Assembly: GCA_963809895.1 (NCBI GenBank)
Contig: CAWELD010000003.1
Span: 2,240,001-2,304,000 of the forward strand
Direction: 5' to 3'
Length of the DNA: 64,000 nt
Source of the DNA: an uncultured Gemmatimonadales bacterium
GTDB lineage: Bacteria > Gemmatimonadota > Gemmatimonadetes > Longimicrobiales > Gaopeijiaceae
A program made the position numbers and the translations under genes. Below the pieces are notes generated by a model that saw only the letters and a program-made list of their open reading frames with translations, searched no databases and was not told the origin of the DNA. Positions 61,806-64,000 of the stretch are shown here, one piece after another; within the stretch, counting starts at the first letter, position 1, and each line of letters begins with the position of its first letter.

Positions 61806-62141
61806 ATGGACCACATGCGCTACAACCTGGCCCGCTGGTTGGGGATTCCCCTGACGGCGGTCCTTCTGGCCCTCACCGTGGCCCTGCCCCTCATGGAGAG
61901 CAGGGATTGGCGTGGTGGGCCCGTGCTGGAGGCCAAGCACGACCCGGCGCACTGCATCCAGGGCCACGACCACCGCCTGTGCATCCTGGGCGGGGTCCTG
62001 CGCACGCTCCTCCCGGCGAGCCGTCCAAGGCCGCTTCCCGAGACCCAGGTGGAAGGCCTGCGCGAGGCGCGCTGGGCCGAGATTCCCGGCCGCATCCTCC
62101 ACCCGCTCACCCGCTCCCGGGCCCCTCCCTTCTCGCTCTGA
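61806..62141 (+). CDS. DUF2946-like leader peptide with His/Cys motif and C-terminal RAPP arrest motif (111 aa)
   Basis: Hydrophobic signal-like N-terminus, HDPAHCIQGHDHRLC, C-terminal RSRAPPFSL*. First gene of a metal-uptake operon. Confidence 0.78.
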   Translation: MDHMRYNLARWLGIPLTAVLLALTVALPLMESRDWRGGPVLEAKHDPAHCIQGHDHRLCILGGVLRTLLPASRPRPLPETQVEGLREARWAEIPGRILHPLTRSRAPPFSL

Positions 62142-62245
62142 ACCCAGCTCCATGCGCCGCCGTCTCGCCGATCCGCGGACGGGCGGTCGCCGTGCAGGCC
62201 CATGGGGGCCCTGCACGCGCTGAACCCAGAACCGAGATGTGGAGG
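62124..62245 (+). promoter_or_regulatory. Anti-Shine-Dalgarno structure coupling the RAPP codons to the next gene
   Basis: CCTCC(62124-28)/GGAGG(62241-45) and TCTCG(62131-35)/CGAGA(62233-37) are complementary. Inner hairpin CGTGCAGG/CCTGCACG at 62191-62217. Confidence 0.6.
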
Positions 62246-62252
62246 TCTACGC

Positions 62253-63578
62253 ATGCGCGTTCCCCAGAGATGGCTCGCGGGCACCGTGGTGGTGCTCGCC
62301 GTCATCACGACGTTCCCCACCCCCGGGGCAGCCCAACAGCAGGCTGCCGATTCGGTGGCCGCCCGCCTGGCCCGCCTCCAGGCCCGGGTCGACAGCCTCG
62401 AGGCCCTCGTCCGCCGGCTCCAGGCCACCGGTCAGGAGGAGGCGGCCCAGAGCGCCGCCGAGCAACTCCGCGCCGCGGCCCGTGCCGCGGCCGCCGCGGG
62501 CGCCGCCCCCGACACCACCACCAGCGCCCAGGGAGGCCAGACCTTCGTCGGGCGCCAGCGCTCGCTTCAGGCGCTGAATCCCGAGATCAGCGCCACCGGT
62601 GATTTTCTCGTCCAGGCCGACAAGGACGACACCAACGCCGACAACTTCATCGCGCGGGAGTTCGAGTTTTCCTTCCAGGCCTCGCTGGACCCCTACTCCC
62701 GGGCCAAGATCTTCGTGAGCAACCACCGCCCAGGCGGTGAGCTGGTCCCCTTCGCCACCGATGACGGAGGCGAGGAGGAGGGCGGCACCGCCGTGGAGGA
62801 GGGCTACGTGCAGTGGGTGAACCTGCCCGGCGGAACCAGCCTCACCCTGGGACGCTTCTTCCAGCGCTTCGGCACCCTCAACCGCTGGCACGGCCACGCG
62901 CTGCCCTTCCAGACCCGCTCGCTCCCCCATCTGGCCTTCCTCGGTGAGGAGTCTCTCACCCAGACGGGAGCGTCGCTTTACTGGCTGGTCCCGGTGCACG
63001 GGGGCGGGACGTACGAGACCTGGCTCGAGGTGACCCGGTCCGAGAACGCGGCCCTCTTCGGGGACAACCACGGGCTGTCGGTCCTGGGACACGTCAACGG
63101 CTTCTGGCAGCTCACCGACGCCACCGATCTGGATGTGGGCCTCTCCTGGATCAACGGCACCCGGGAGTCCGGCGACGCCCTCATGGACCAGAATCTCTAC
63201 GGGGCGGAGATGGCCTTCACCTGGAGGCCTCCGAACCGCAGCCGCTACCGCGACTTCACCTTCCGCGGTGGCGTCATGGTCAAGGATCCGTCGTCGGCGA
63301 CCGTGAACGCGCGCAGCGCCAAGGGCGTCTGGAGCATGGCCGAGATGCGCCTGTCGCCGAGCTGGCTGGTGGGCGGACGCTACGACTGGGTCGAGAATCC
63401 GGACGACCCGGACCAGACCGCATCGCTGGTCTCGCCCACGCTCACCTGGTGGCAGAGCGAGTTCGTCCGCGTGCGCGCCGAATACGACTTCCTGCGCCGC
63501 TCCTTCGGCGAAGACACCGGCAAGCTCGTCATGCAGGTGACCTTCGCCATGGGCCCCCACAAGCACGAGAACTACTGA
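62253..63578 (+). CDS. Outer-membrane beta-barrel with N-terminal coiled coil, metal-uptake associated (441 aa)
   Basis: Signal peptide, coiled coil, NPEIS, E.E..FQASLDPY, EEGY, FGTLNRWH.H, SEF..VR.EY, His-rich C-terminus GPHKHENY. Confidence 0.8.
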   Translation: MRVPQRWLAGTVVVLAVITTFPTPGAAQQQAADSVAARLARLQARVDSLEALVRRLQATGQEEAAQSAAEQLRAAARAAAAAGAAPDTTTSAQGGQTFVGRQRSLQALNPEISATGDFLVQADKDDTNADNFIAREFEFSFQASLDPYSRAKIFVSNHRPGGELVPFATDDGGEEEGGTAVEEGYVQWVNLPGGTSLTLGRFFQRFGTLNRWHGHALPFQTRSLPHLAFLGEESLTQTGASLYWLVPVHGGGTYETWLEVTRSENAALFGDNHGLSVLGHVNGFWQLTDATDLDVGLSWINGTRESGDALMDQNLYGAEMAFTWRPPNRSRYRDFTFRGGVMVKDPSSATVNARSAKGVWSMAEMRLSPSWLVGGRYDWVENPDDPDQTASLVSPTLTWWQSEFVRVRAEYDFLRRSFGEDTGKLVMQVTFAMGPHKHENY

Positions 63579-63627
63579 CCCCCTGGAGGGCCCCACGGCG
63601 GGCCGTCCCAGTCACGGAGACGACATC

Positions 63628-64000
63628 ATGAAAACGCATCTCGTCACAGGTCTGGCCTTGATGATCGGCGCGCTGAGCGCTGGTCCGGCCCGGGCCGACA
63701 CGCACCCCGACGGCGACGGGCCCGCGCGCTTCGCGCCGGTGCGGGTGGTGGCCACCCTTCCGGTCTACGGAAGCATCGTCAAGGAGATCGGCGGCAACGA
63801 GGTGGAGGTGACCTCCATCGCCGACCCCGACGAGGATCCCCATTTCGTGCGGCCGAAGCCCAGCTTCGCGCTGGAGCTGCGCAGGGCCGACATGTTCATC
63901 ACCACCGGACTGGACCTGGAGCTGTGGGCTCCTTCGCTCCTGGACAAGGCGGGCAACAGCAAGGTCATCGAAGGCGGCCCGGGCTACGTCACCGCGTACA
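63628..64000 (+). CDS. Zn/Mn ABC transporter substrate-binding protein, ZnuA/TroA family (partial; not in ORF track)
   Basis: Manual translation: MKTHLVTGLALMIGALSAGPARA signal, VRVVAT, EIGG, EDPHFVRPKPS, ADMFITTGLDLELW. Confidence 0.9.
   Translation, partial: MKTHLVTGLALMIGALSAGPARADTHPDGDGPARFAPVRVVATLPVYGSIVKEIGGNEVEVTSIADPDEDPHFVRPKPSFALELRRADMFITTGLDLELWAPSLLDKAGNSKVIEGGPGYVTAY

Overview
High-GC bacterial chromosomal window with about 60 genes. Gene content (PadR+ADOP permease pair, VPS10/BNR giant protein, many lipoproteins) suggests Gemmatimonadota; that assignment is an inference. No CRISPR array, tRNA, rRNA, transposase or prophage gene was seen. Main blocks: (1) 1-5249 (-): a porin + multiheme cytochrome c operon with 30 CxxCH and 4 CX4CH motifs in the window. 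It includes a 5' partial cytochrome absent from the ORF track and a NapC/NrfH-like head fused to a long heme chain, so it is a candidate envelope-spanning electron conduit. (2) 5.5-26 kb: metabolic genes (acyl-CoA dehydrogenase, CoA transferase, isocitrate/isopropylmalate dehydrogenase, msrB, ilvE, ggt, split TRAP system, sensor kinase, AlkA). (3) 26-39.6 kb: a phosphate island (TonB receptor, surface beta-helix lipoprotein, lipoprotein, LeuA-family enzyme, phoBR, pstSCAB, phoU). The same PHO-box-like promoter precedes pstS and the TonB receptor. Many +1 insertions here look like sequencing errors. (4) 39.7-55 kb: envelope and unknown genes, a 49-aa stand-alone membrane peptide missed by the ORF track, and a TPR-macrodomain-transglutaminase-ABC operon. 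(5) 55-58 kb: a pterin operon (PTPS-II, folE, sepiapterin-reductase-like SDR, QueD-type PTPS-I, Trm112-like protein). (6) 61.5-64 kb: a probable 6S RNA and, divergently, a His/Cys-rich RAPP-ending leader peptide whose last codons can pair with the Shine-Dalgarno of a downstream porin + ZnuA-like metal-uptake operon. All family calls come from motif recognition by eye; no database searches were run.
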